A stretch of 55,866 nucleotides of DNA, from assembly GCA_010405405.1 (NCBI GenBank), contig MU004235.1, forward strand, positions 2,410,506-2,466,371. The letters are read 5' to 3'. Under the pieces are notes generated by a model that saw only the letters and a program-made list of their open reading frames with translations, made no database searches and was not told the origin of the DNA. Positions 37,860-49,900 of the stretch are shown here, piece after piece. This DNA is from Microthyrium microscopicum (lineage: Eukaryota). The position numbers and the translations under genes were made by a program. Within the stretch, counting starts at the first letter, position 1. Each line of letters opens with the position of its first letter.

Positions 37860-39765
37860 AAACCTTCTTTAGCTCCTATATAGCTTAATTCATACTACTT
37901 TATTAATTTAATTTAAATAAATTATTAGAATCCCTTCGCTAAGGCTTAGAGATTATATTTATAAATTTTTAATAAGACGCCTGTACGTACTATAGTATTA
38001 TTATAGCTAGAAGTATAGTAGAACTAAATAACTAAAATATAGAAGAATAAGACTCTAATTTTAAGAACTATAAGAGCTTACTTAATAGTAGCCCTTTAAA
38101 ACTACTTAATATAGTTAACGTAGTAGGGATGTTTCTATCTAGAATGTAAAAAGGTATATAAAAAGGATTAGAAATAATTATTTTAAAACAAGTCCTCTAT
38201 AATACTATAAAGGAACTTATTAAGCTAAAGGACTATATCCTCTACTAAGAGGAAGAGCCTCTAGTAGCTAAATACTCTACCTCTAAACTTACCTTTCTTA
38301 AAACTATTTTTAATTAGCTTAATAAGATTAAAGTAATAGTTTAACGTCGTCCTACTATACTAGCTCTAAAGCTATACTCCTAGGTAGTAATTACCTCCTA
38401 TACTAAACTATATATAAGTAAACTAAAAAGTTATTCTATTATCTTACGACCTAAAGTAAAATAATATATAGGGACTCCTTTAGAGGTCCTTAAGGAACTT
38501 AAAAAGATATTTATAAGTACTATAAGTATACGTCCTCTATAGAGTAATAATCTTTAAGTTGTCTTTAAAGACGCTAAATAGAAAAATTAGGCTTAGTATC
38601 TAACTATTAAAGGTATATAGGTGTTCTAGTAGGATTATCCTATTAAAGTAGCTAGTATACTCTTAAAGAGTATTAGTAATAGGGTTTATTATAGTAAAGG
38701 AGTAGATAATTATAACTTAGGGTTTATTAAGGCTCTAAATAAGAATAACTAGTACGTTTCTACTATTACTAGGGTAAGCTAAATTTATAATAATAAGACG
38801 TTAATCTTAGAAAAGAAGAGATTATCCTTTATTATATATCTCCCTATAGAGAGTCTCTAAGAGACTACTATAGCTTAAGGGCTAATAATTAAAGGCATAT
38901 AGTATAGTTATAAACTCTAGGCTATAATACTAGCTAGTACTTACTATTACTAGTATAGTACTTAAGGATATATATAGTCTTTCTATTTAGTAGAAGCTTA
39001 CTATAAATACTATATAGGTAAGTATAATATATAGGATTATAAAATAAAAGGTAAAAATAAATAGTACTTAAATTATAGTTATAAATATAACTATTAGAAT
39101 AAATTCTATAGTATTTATAAAAGTATTACTTTAGTAGTAGACGCTCTCTAGGCAACCCTATTTAAATATACTATTAACTTATAGAATAGTGTAGCTTAAT
39201 AGGATTATAGTAATATAAACCTACTACTAAAGGATAAATATATACTTATTACTATACTAAAAGCTAGCCCTATAAAAGGCCTTAGAAGGCTTCTAGCCTT
39301 AGCTATAATAGAATCTACTCTAGGATAGTAATTCCTTAGCTTTATACTTACTTGTCTAGGACCTTTAGGTATAGCTATACCTATAGTAGCGTTAGGAGGA
39401 AAGATTACTATAGCTATTTTAGTAAGTATCTATAAGGCTATTAAAGTAGTTCTAGTAACTCTAGTAGAGTTTAAGGAAGTAGATAAAGAAGTCTAGATAG
39501 AGTTAAATAGGTAGAAAGAAGATTAAATAAAGTAGAAGCGTTTTATAGAATAGCCTATTAATAGCTATAAAGTTAACGTTCTATAATAAATAAATAGACG
39601 CTAGAGCGCTTATAGCGTCCTACTAGGGTAAATAGTATAGTTTTATTCCCTTAAGGATTTCTACTATAAATAGTTAGTATAGTCTGCATACGCCTATTAG
39701 AGTAGCGTATTTAGAACCTCTATAGGGACTAAACGAACTAGATAATAAAGAGATTTATATATATA
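37860..39765 (+). mobile_element. Nested non-LTR retroposon carrying a Tad1-like ORF1 (gag-like, three zinc knuckles) and no recognisable ORF2
   Basis: 13-bp TSD TACTACTTTAATT (37847-37859, 39766-39778) splits the Gypsy RT/RNase H linker. De-RIPed CYQCGTWGHTQSFC at 38945-38986 plus two more knuckles. The 3' end GACTAAACGAACTAGATAATAAAGAG is followed by a (TA)n tail. Confidence 0.8.
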
Positions 39766-42418
39766 TACTACTTTAATTTTTTATTACTTTAACTCTAATA
39801 CTAAGACTTAAGTTAAAACTAATACTTTAGATTAGGTAGTAGTAGCTATTCTTTTATAAAAAAGTATAAATAGTAAGCTTTACTTAGTAGCTTTTCTTTC
39901 TAAAAAGATAACTCTATTAGAATATAATTATAATATTTATAATAAAGAGCTTCTTATAATTATATAGGCATTTAAGAAATAGAAACTTAAATTATTTTTA
40001 ACTTTTAACTCTATATAAGTTTTTACTAACTATCTTAACTTATATACTTTTATATTAACTAAAAAGCTATTTTGCTATTAAGCTTAATAAATAGAATTCT
40101 TCTCTTAGTTTTAGTTTAAGATTAAATATTATAATAGTCTCTCTAACGTAAAAGTAGATATACTAACTTAGAAATTATAGAATTTTCTAAAATCTAATAA
40201 TAATTTATAGATTACTTAATAAATATAACTAATCTTTTCTCTTTATAACTTTAATACTTACTATAAGATATCTTACTCTTATAATACCTAATATACTATT
40301 AAGATTACTATTCTTTTTATTAATAGTAAATAATCTATAATAATTAAACTTACTATAATTATTACTAATAAAGTTAATATACTAACTATAGAAGGTAAGC
40401 TAATTAATTAACTAACTATAGAAAGTTCTACTCTAATTCTAGATAAGCTAATTAATTATCTTAGGATAAATAGTACGCTAGCTAACCTAGAGATATTATA
40501 GAAAGATATTATTAAAGCTAGCTAATTAAATAAGCTTATCTAAGTAATTTATAACTTTAAGGTAGTATAATTATATTACCTACTATATAGTACTCTAAAG
40601 AAGGATTTAATTAAACTTAGAGACTATTAAGTACTTACTAATAGTATTATTTAATATAGATAACAACTCCTTATTCTTCTTATAAAATATTTTTAATATT
40701 ATACTATTATATATATATATAATTATAAAGTTATAGGTTATAGTAGTATAGCTTCTACGTACTAGTACCTTTACTAATTTTACTTCTAGCCTTATATAGC
40801 TAAGGACGTAAAGTACTATATTAAAATATATAAGTATATATTCTTTAAACTAGTTAAGTAAAAGAAGTAGAGTCTTTTTTACTTATTTCTATTACTTAAT
40901 TACGCTTAGTTTAATATTTTTATTAACTTTATAGTTACCTTACTATCCTATATTTACTTTAGGACTATTTATTACTATATTATAATTATTATAAATAAGC
41001 TAATATATACTTAATAGTTTATTCTTCTTTTTAACTTAAGTATATAGATAATAGTTCTTACGTTCCTTAATTAAATATAGAAGTATATAGGATAGCCTAA
41101 TTCTATTTTCTTTAATTATAGTTTATAATTTATATTTATATTTTAGTAATATTTCTATAAGCGTATTAGTATTATTATTTACTTAACTATTACTTAGTAT
41201 CTATAGAGTAATAGTATTATAGAAATATTAATTATAGTACTAAAAGCTTATCTTAGATGCTTCGTTAATTAGTAATAAAATAATTAGGTAGAACTACTAT
41301 TATTTATTAAATTTAAAGCTAACTATATTATTTATACTTCTACTAAGATAAGTTTTTTTTACGTACTTAATAGTTATTTTTCTTAATTAGAATTAGAACT
41401 AATACCTTTAAAAGCTTTCTTAGGAACTAAGCTAACCTAAACTAAATAATAGCTTACTAACTAGTATCTTTATACTTATACTAATCTTTATAAATATTTC
41501 TATAAATAGATTTTATAGTCTATTACCTTTATAGAAAAGTAAGCTAATAAGACTTATTAACTAGTACTAGACTTTAAACTAGGCAATTAAGTATAACTTA
41601 ATACTTACTATTATAAATTTCTCTAACTATTAAAGTTCTTTAATAATAAATTTACTAAACTTTTTAAAATTATTAAAAAGATTAATATTCTTACCTATAA
41701 GCTAGAATTACTAGAGAAGATAAAAATCTACCTAGTCTTCTATACTTAGCTACTTTACTTTATCTCTAAATATATTATAGTATTTTAAGAATTTAATAAT
41801 CTCTCCTTAATTATAAATATAAATAATAATATAGAATAAGAGTAAGTAGTTAACTATATTATTAATAGTAAAATAGGTATTATAAAGAGCTTTAGTAAAA
41901 AGAAAGTCTTATAGTATAAAGTTTAGTTTATAGAATAAAATAACTAGAACTATAACTCTAACTAGTAACTATAGTTAGATCTTAACTCTTATTTAGAGCT
42001 AGTTACTAAATATTATAACTAAAACCCTAATAAACTTAGACTATATTCTATATTTATAGACTCTTAGAAGAAGAAGAAAGAGGAATATAATTTAGATAGA
42101 ATTCTTCTAGAATAGTAAAAAGATACTACTATATATACCTTAATACTTAATTTATAAATTAGAGTATTTTAAAAATATCTTAAGGTTTATTAATATTTCT
42201 TAATAGTTACTTTAGTAAGCTAAAGAGTAGTATAAGGAATAGGTATATATAGTAGTTATATATAAAGAAAGGTTATTATCTTTACTTTTATTACTTTTTA
42301 TATTTTATATTTTATACCCTAAAAAGCGTTAGAATTATAGGACTATATAACTTAATTATAAATCTTATTCTTTTATAAGTTTTTAGCTTAGAAGTACTAA
42401 TCTTAAAGAGAGAAGTAT

Positions 42419-42620
42419 TATTATAAATCTACTACTATTAATTCTATTATAATATTATTAGTATCTTCTATTATATAATGCTAAAGGCTTAGCGCTTAAG
42501 AATTATCTAGTATAGCTTACTTATAACTATTCCTTATTTTTTCTCTTAGATTCTTTATATTAGTTTTCTTAAATTATATCTACTATTAGCTTACATCCTT
42601 ACGCCTATAGGTTCCTAATA
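42419..42620 (+). repeat. 3' LTR
   Basis: TATTATAAATCT...TTCCTAATA, followed by TSD AATAT. Confidence 0.92.
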
Positions 42621-43184
42621 AATATAAAGAAGTAAAGTACTTAGAATATTTTAAAATATACTAATCTTTAATAATATTATAATAAATAAGTTTAGTATAA
42701 CGTTTAGTAAATAATATAAGTAGTAATCTTATTTTTACTAAATATAACTAATATAAAGAATTTATAAATATTTTTTTTAGCTTTTATAATTCTCTAGGTT
42801 TCTTTTATAATATATTATTAAAAAAGTATATAAAATTTTATATTTCTACTATATCTAGAATACGTAATAAATAAGTTTAAAAGTATCTAAATAGTAGGTA
42901 CTATTTTAGCTCGTATATATAATACTATTAATAGTACTACTATATATACGTACGTAGATTAGCGTGCGGCCTTAAAGGAAGTTATAATAGAGAGTAAAGC
43001 CGGAAACCTTATCTATATACTTTGCTCGAAAGTTAATTATTATAATATAGGCTCTTATAGTAGTAAGTTATATCCTTCGCCTCTAGTTACGACTATTAAG
43101 ATGCTCTGCTATAGGTATTGATACCGCTTAATTGTCAAGAATTCACTACGGTAGAATTAGAACGAATGCTAAGGTCAAAGATCT

Positions 43185-46172
43185 TCAATCCGGAATCTTT
43201 GTACTTTGTAGTAGTGCATAAACATCAAGGTGGTTGTTCTTCAAAGCCAAATCTGCTGGTGTCCATCCATGGTTATCTACCGTGTCAACGTCTATGTTGG
43301 TGAAGTCCACTAACAGCTCTAATGCCTCAAAGTTGCCGGCCTCTGCGGCATGGTGTAGGGGGGTTTTGAGCTCCAGATCTATCATATGCTCGGGGTGAAA
43401 AACGTCTGGCTGGGTGTGCATAGTCCACAGGGATGTTGCAACATTAGGAAGCAGTATTTTACTCTCAGTCTTCCGCGGGGCGTATCCAATTGTCAGTACG
43501 ACATCAGCTGGCATTGACATTCGAACACTGGTCCACCCTATGGGGCCTTGTGAGGAGCCAGATGCTTGCTTCTCGCCATTGACAGTGTAAGCGTTTCCAT
43601 TCACCGTGGAATTTCTGGTTTGTTCGTCATGTGTTGAAGCCAATATCCTCCATGGATTAGGCTCCTTAACGAAAATATGCGAAGGATTGAGCAGTACTCT
43701 CAGCGTCTTGACATCGCCGCTTGCAGCGGCTAAATGAAGCGCCGTCATTCCGGTCATATCAGGCTTGTTAATCTCCTCTACGAGCCGGTCTGCTCCTAAC
43801 GCGTATAGGATGTTGGCTGTAAGGATGGAATTGCCGGCTTCACTGGCCTTCATCAATAAGGTTCGTCCTTCGCGATCCGCCAGATTCAAGTCTGCGCCGT
43901 GGTCTACCAAACACTGAAACATTTCCTCTTGCTCAAGGCTTTCCCTGATATTGTCCATTCTCCTGTGTGATTCATGACACCACTTCAATTGTCCTCTTAC
44001 TCCGGAGAAAGCTGGTCGAGATTCATCACTTTCCACATCCTCGCGGCTCTGTGAGATGTTGTATTCTTGTAGCTTGACTGAACACATGTGGTGTAATGGG
44101 GTCATTCCGCTCACATCGAGTATGTTGGGATCAGCGCCATAATCGAGCAAGATGATAGTCAAATTTCGATCTTTCTTCCTGACTGCATGGTGCAAGGGTA
44201 CTTGGCCGTTTTCTCCTTGAGCATTAACATCAAATATTCTACGATTGAGCAATAATTTCAAATCCTTTTGATAGTCACGCTCGTTTGGCCAGGTACCCCA
44301 AGTTTCAAATATGCGGTGGAGCAGTGAATCTGATCCGAATCTTATTGCTGCAGGATTCGCACCATTCCGTAGAAGATAGAAGATCATGAACGTATTATTC
44401 ATATGGCGAGATTTCAGCCAAAAGTCTGCAGAGGAAGCAACCTCAAGGGCCGTGTCGAGCAATCGCTGTTGTTGACTCTTAGGAATCGTTCTGATCAACA
44501 GATCTAATATCATCTCACTCCAGATGCCTGACTCAGACTGCATTACCGCTGTTACGAGAGCGGGCGATGACTGCCTTGCCATATCGTAAGCTGAAGCTCC
44601 GTGTTCCAGAAGAGATTGAACAACAGATGCTTTGAGGACCATTGGTATTGAATCTTTCTCCAATATCTCTTGAAGGATTGTTTTGCCATCCCTCCCTTCG
44701 CCATCAGGTGACGCACCATGATTCAGTAAGAATTCGAACTTCTCTTCGCTGTTATCATCTAGCGAGCGAATGATCGGGGCCCAGCCATTTCTTCCTCCAT
44801 TATTAGGATTTGCTTTGTGTAGCAACAGGAGCTCGATCGCATCGGTACCGGTATTCATGTAAGCCGCTGTGAACAACGCAGTCTGTCCTCCTGGACCTTC
44901 CGAATCAGGAGATATTCCACCGTCAAGAAGTAGCCGCAAAGTTATCAAGTTTGGTTGAAGTTTGTGCACTATTCTGTACAATGCTGGTGACTGGAACTTA
45001 GCCTGGCTTGAAATCGCTGTGTCACTTTCAATGTTCGACCGGCACAGTCCAAGCATGTGGCTGATAATACCCTTTTGGCACAATTTACTTACTACTAGAT
45101 GTGATAGAGCGTCGAATCCATCTATACTCTTTTGCAAGGGGTTAGCTCCCCCACAATACAAGATATCCATCATTTCCATACAAATTGCTAAATCATGTTC
45201 TGAGTCTGATTTAGAGAGTTGACGGAACATAGGTGAGCAGACCAGCGTGACGAAAGTAGCTCTCTTCGAGTCCTCTCGACTGAGTGTTGGGCTATTCAAG
45301 CTGACACTCACTGGTCGACCAACAAAAAGTTGTGCAGATAGCTCTGTTAGTGACTCCGAGGGCATGGCGTACGCAATGGCCTTCGACAAGGCTGGCCATC
45401 GGAGCTTTTTGGTTGATAGGAAGGTGGCCTGGTCAATAGGAGCGCCGCCGTCAAGAAGGAATCTGGTGAGTTGGCGCCAGCACTTTGCAACAGCGAGCTC
45501 CAGTAGTTTGCGCGCCACCTCGGATTCCTCAAAAGGTATCAAAATAAGGTCAGTCTGTTGGATGACGCTTTGAACCATGCTCTCTGTAGCTAGCTGCGAT
45601 TTGCATAAAGAGTAGAGAAACTTCTCTCCGGGTGAAATCCAAGGTAGAGGCATCACAGGAGCGCCATCCCGAAGTACAATATTGTCGTTTATGCTTGATT
45701 CAGTTAGATACAGCCTGAAGCTATCGCGCTCAAGAGCGTAATCCAACACTTCATGGATATAAGGCGGGAAGCTCTTGACATCAGGTGAAAAGGACAGGAA
45801 GCCAAGTGGAACTGTTTTTCTCCATTGGAATGTGGCAGCATTGTTCAAGATCCGGCGACCTGTCTGAAGAAACGAATCGGCAAAGCCCTTATGTAGTGAT
45901 TGCTGCGATGAAGCAGGTATTTGACAGGACGTAGTTTGCACTGAAGGCTTCTGTTCGCTTAGAATCTCCTCTCCAAGACCACATAATGGACCTCGCTGAA
46001 GAATCAGGTCCAGGACTTCGCCGCTGTCATTGTTGATGGCAAGAGAGAGTGCTGTCTCCCCTCCAAAAAGTCCAGCATTAGGATCTGCCCCTTTGATCAG
46101 GAGATCCGCCACCTCTGAAGCACTGTTCTCTCGTACAGCTTCCAAAAGTTCAGTTTCGAAATGGAGTTGCAT
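43185..46172 (-). CDS. Large ankyrin-repeat protein (995 aa, intronless)
   Basis: Many ankyrin repeats: GETALSLAI, GQTALFTAA, GQVPLHHAV, GMTPLH, GRTLLMKAS, GMTALHLAA, KTPLHHAAEAG and GWTPADLA. No P-loop NACHT/NB-ARC motif seen. Confidence 0.88.
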   Translation of the reverse strand: MQLHFETELLEAVRENSASEVADLLIKGADPNAGLFGGETALSLAINNDSGEVLDLILQRGPLCGLGEEILSEQKPSVQTTSCQIPASSQQSLHKGFADSFLQTGRRILNNAATFQWRKTVPLGFLSFSPDVKSFPPYIHEVLDYALERDSFRLYLTESSINDNIVLRDGAPVMPLPWISPGEKFLYSLCKSQLATESMVQSVIQQTDLILIPFEESEVARKLLELAVAKCWRQLTRFLLDGGAPIDQATFLSTKKLRWPALSKAIAYAMPSESLTELSAQLFVGRPVSVSLNSPTLSREDSKRATFVTLVCSPMFRQLSKSDSEHDLAICMEMMDILYCGGANPLQKSIDGFDALSHLVVSKLCQKGIISHMLGLCRSNIESDTAISSQAKFQSPALYRIVHKLQPNLITLRLLLDGGISPDSEGPGGQTALFTAAYMNTGTDAIELLLLHKANPNNGGRNGWAPIIRSLDDNSEEKFEFLLNHGASPDGEGRDGKTILQEILEKDSIPMVLKASVVQSLLEHGASAYDMARQSSPALVTAVMQSESGIWSEMILDLLIRTIPKSQQQRLLDTALEVASSADFWLKSRHMNNTFMIFYLLRNGANPAAIRFGSDSLLHRIFETWGTWPNERDYQKDLKLLLNRRIFDVNAQGENGQVPLHHAVRKKDRNLTIILLDYGADPNILDVSGMTPLHHMCSVKLQEYNISQSREDVESDESRPAFSGVRGQLKWCHESHRRMDNIRESLEQEEMFQCLVDHGADLNLADREGRTLLMKASEAGNSILTANILYALGADRLVEEINKPDMTGMTALHLAAASGDVKTLRVLLNPSHIFVKEPNPWRILASTHDEQTRNSTVNGNAYTVNGEKQASGSSQGPIGWTSVRMSMPADVVLTIGYAPRKTESKILLPNVATSLWTMHTQPDVFHPEHMIDLELKTPLHHAAEAGNFEALELLVDFTNIDVDTVDNHGWTPADLALKNNHLDVYALLQSTKIPD

Positions 46173-46519
46173 TGATTCGGTCAGGGTTATAGCATTTGGT
46201 ATTCTCTATCTGGTAGGCAAGGTATCAACTCCGATTCAGATGAGCGATCACGTCGTGGTAAGGAGCCCTCTGGAGGGAAGCATGCGAGTATTGCCAGCCA
46301 AGGTGTATGATGAAGATGCATAGATGAAATGTCACCCGTGATATCTCATGCTTATCTAGGTACCTAGGTATGTGATTGGACGAAGCATTGAGGCTTTGGC
46401 CGCGTCATCAGTGATCACCAAACCGGTCAGTCTGCCACTGCCAAGACTGCTTCCAGCCTTCTACCTTCCTACAACTCAAAGGCAAGAATCTTCTAATTGT
46501 ATATATATATCTTCTCATC

Positions 46520-47704
46520 ATGCCCTCCGACCAAGTTCTCTCGTCACTATCTGCCTATCTGGCAGGAGTTGGGCTGCCTATTGCTCTAGCCGGGCTTGGC
46601 TTGACCGATCGTGGCGCGAATTTGCTCAACTCTGCCTCCCGCTGGTCCTTGACAACTTGGCGGCCATCCCAGGGAAAATGCGAGAATAGACTCTGGGATC
46701 AGCTGGAAGACGGCCCGCTTCATAATTGTACTCAGCCTGTGCTGCAAGATATCTGCCACCGTAGACCGCATGTACGAGGATCGCACTGCTGGGAATCCGG
46801 TCTTACTATGGTACTCAACCACTGGAAATTCGCTGCTTCTTCAACGTTTGTCGCAAAACCGAGGCCGCTACCTGTGCAAAAAGCATTTCTCCGCGTTGAT
46901 TTCAACGTTATATTGGCATTCATATTCATGGCTGCCAGGCACGACAAGAATGATTATCCTGTCGCCGATCGCATGCAGAAGCGCACATTCTTACTGGTGG
47001 GCGCAACTTTAAACATCCAGCAGATTGCTGACGACGTTCTCGTTCTTCACCTGGAAGGATCTCTCGTCAACAATCTTACCAAAGATTATGCGGAGAGGTT
47101 GTTCAAGGGATACCCACCGTTGCGCAATGACCCGAAGGGAAACAGCGTCTTCAATGAACACGACGAAAAACGCGGGGGATGGATTATGGCTCTGGGTCTG
47201 CAAACCTCTTTCGTGGAAGAGGATACATTTCTTCCGGTATATACAGACTGTGTATACTACAAGGATCGGCGCGGCCACGTTTTTTGGAGGTCCATGGATC
47301 GCGTCCGAAGCATTATTACGGACATTTGGGCACCTTCGTTCGCGGGCGATCCTATCGCTACAGAACATGTCAAACTAACAGTCAGGGCTTTAGAACACAT
47401 TTATAAAGAGGAGACAGAGAGTGGAGTAAGCCCATTTCATGATGTTCCGTTGCCGAACATAACATTATCGAATCATGACCAACTCAAGATCATTACACAC
47501 TTCAATGGCCCGCCTCTAATTGCAGACAGCAAGCAACAGCAATTTCGCATGGACTGGGAGCCCTTGCTACAACATGTGTTGGTAGCTGCTGTGAAGGGTT
47601 CGATAAGATGTATAGCGTATTTTAAGAACTCCGGCCGTGAGTTGGAACACATTCTTCCTATAGAAAAATTGAGAACAGCAGACCTTTATCTCAGAGGATG
47701 CTAA
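46520..47704 (+). CDS. Hypothetical protein (394 aa, intronless) with a Gly-rich hydrophobic N-terminal helix and a Cys/His cluster
   Basis: Long uninterrupted ORF with normal GC between RIP blocks and a TATA-like TATATATA at ~46500. No family recognised. Confidence 0.75.
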   Translation: MPSDQVLSSLSAYLAGVGLPIALAGLGLTDRGANLLNSASRWSLTTWRPSQGKCENRLWDQLEDGPLHNCTQPVLQDICHRRPHVRGSHCWESGLTMVLNHWKFAASSTFVAKPRPLPVQKAFLRVDFNVILAFIFMAARHDKNDYPVADRMQKRTFLLVGATLNIQQIADDVLVLHLEGSLVNNLTKDYAERLFKGYPPLRNDPKGNSVFNEHDEKRGGWIMALGLQTSFVEEDTFLPVYTDCVYYKDRRGHVFWRSMDRVRSIITDIWAPSFAGDPIATEHVKLTVRALEHIYKEETESGVSPFHDVPLPNITLSNHDQLKIITHFNGPPLIADSKQQQFRMDWEPLLQHVLVAAVKGSIRCIAYFKNSGRELEHILPIEKLRTADLYLRGC

Positions 47705-47730
47705 GCAGTATCTAGTAGCCTTGTGGGCTC

Positions 47731-49900
47731 TATTAGTATTTTACGTAGTCCGTAGTGCCCTCAAGGGAAGAGACTAGCCTCTTTATAACTTAATTAGTTA
47801 GCGGCCGCTGTTTAATTATATTTTATAGTTTTAAATGTCCTGCCAGACGGGCCTCCTTAAGCTAGAGAGACTAAGAGCTTAAATAAATCTTATCTTATCT
47901 TCTTAACTATACTTTAGCTCTTTGCTTTACTTTAAGGTCCTACTAGATAAGTCTTCTTAGGCTAGAGGAACTAAGCTAATTAACTTACTAAGCTTTTAAA
48001 TATTATTTTTCTAAAAATTTAGTAGTTATATAATTTTTATTTTAAACTATATTTAATATTCTATTAGATTTTACTTTCTAACTATTTTCTATTTTTTATA
48101 TTTATATATAATATTAGAGTAATATAAAAAAATAAAAATAAAAAAATAAATAATTAGAAGTAAGCTTTTAATAACTTTATAATAATATATTATATATAAA
48201 TCTTATTTATTATCTTTTAGCTATACTAATAGGCTATATAGACGCTACTTTTACTTTTAGAAAAACCCTTATAAAGAAACCTATAGTATTTCTTTAGTTA
48301 TCTTTTAGTAGTCTTATTCTAGTATTATTATAATACCTTCTTAGTTTACTACTTCTAAATAAAAGGACTTATATTATTTCTTTATAAACTATAAAGCCTA
48401 CTAAAGAAATTCTAATTAGTAGATTAATATAGTAAGTAACTAGTAGTTACTAACTACTAAGAGCTTTATATAGCTTAAGTATACTATATATTATATAAAT
48501 TCTATACTATATACTAAGATCTTAATCCTTAATATTATTCTTATTACTAGTTTCTCTTTTAAGACTTATTTATTACTTAATTACTTAAAGCTATAGCGTT
48601 CTCTAAAATAAATTAGATCTAGCTTTTTAGTATTTATTTCTATTTAGTATTACTTTATTATTAAGTTTTACTATTATAGTTTAATAAGTTTCTATTAATC
48701 TTTCTTTTCCTAGAAGCCTATAGCTATTATTCTTATATAGTTAACTTTCTATATAGTTTTATAATAAGTATATATAATATATATTCTTAAGTTTTTATAA
48801 TTAATTTCTATCTTTAATAAGCTTTAATATTATAGCGTTTCTTAGCTATATTAAGCCTTTTTTTTTAATATTTATTAAGTAAGATACTTATAATATTCCT
48901 TAACTAAGTTTTTTCTATTAATCTATACTTTTTAATATTATATAATAAGCTACTAAATAGTAGTTTCTAAGTTTCTAATAGTCTATATAATCTACTTTTA
49001 GAATATAAAGTATCTTAAATCTATATAGTTTTAATTACTTCTTTCTCTCTAAGTTTTTATTATACTTTCTACTTTTTCTAAATCCTTTTCTAAAAGTAAG
49101 TCCTTTATAGGCTCCTCTTCCTTCTCTTCTTCTTACCTTTAAGTACCTAGTAAATATTCTATACTTATAAATATTTTCTTTTTATTACTTTTAAAGAAAA
49201 TAAAAACTACTTTATCTATAAATATTAAAAATTCTACTATATTTTTAAACATAAAATTAGCTAGTCTTATTCTAGCTTCTATTATAAGTCTTTTAGTATT
49301 CTTTTATATATAGTATTAACTATTATAATATAAACTATATATATCTTTAGTATAAGAATCTATTTATACTATCTTTAAGTATTATACTATTATATAAAAT
49401 TACTTAATAGTAAGTACCTAATTAGTTCTAATATACTTATTATAATAATTATCTATATTTATAGTTAAGCTAGCCCTAGCTAGTATCTTTACTTTTATTA
49501 TAAAAAGTAAAAGTCTAAATATAAGACTATAAGTATATTCTTACTTTTAATCTTCTATCTTTTTTAATATTATAATAAAGTACTAATAAAGTTAAAAAAG
49601 TAGAGTAAATACTTCTAATGTACCTTTAATAAGATAATAGCTAATCTAGTTAATATCTATTAGGATATAAAAAAGAGTATATTATTAAGTAATAAAGAGA
49701 AAGCTACTAAGTAAGTAAAAGTTATAAATAATTTAGTAAGTAAGTTTACTAGCTATAAAGCCTAGTTTACTTCTACTATAGCTTTACTAATATAGTAAAA
49801 GAAGAAGAAGCTAAAGATTAATATATTTATACTAAATAAGAATTTAGCTTACTTATAAGCTATCTTACTAAAGCTTTATATTTAAAATATAAAGATAGAT
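47731..49900. mobile_element. Unclassified RIP-degraded repeat sequence
   Basis: Extreme AT/TpA content, stops in all frames, no motif recoverable by eye. Boundaries approximate. Confidence 0.65.

Larger units (their letters stand above)
33378..42620 (+). mobile_element. Full-length Ty3/Gypsy (chromovirus-type) LTR retrotransposon, destroyed by RIP
   Basis: Paired 202-bp LTRs, 5-bp TSD AATAT (33373-33377, 42621-42625) and a purine tract before the 3' LTR. De-RIPed motifs: RT YLDDVLI (TACCTTAATAACGTTCTTATT, 37443), RNase H ETDASD (~39815) and Y.IYDKELL (~39930), integrase (~40700-41750) and chromodomain-like (~41840-42010). Contains an assembly gap at 35652-35661. Confidence 0.92.

Noticed and set aside
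33076..43119. 10-bp direct repeat TATAGGTATT at 33076 and 43110 as the TSD of an outer element
   Set aside because: No terminal inverted or direct repeats lie next to it, and such a match is plausible by chance in RIP-biased AT-rich DNA.
46355..46370. Palindromes CTAGGTACCTAG / TACCTAGGTA (also at ~11231 and similar at ~275)
   Set aside because: TAGG/TACC-type simple palindromic repeats are common in fungal intergenic DNA; no evidence of a specific function.
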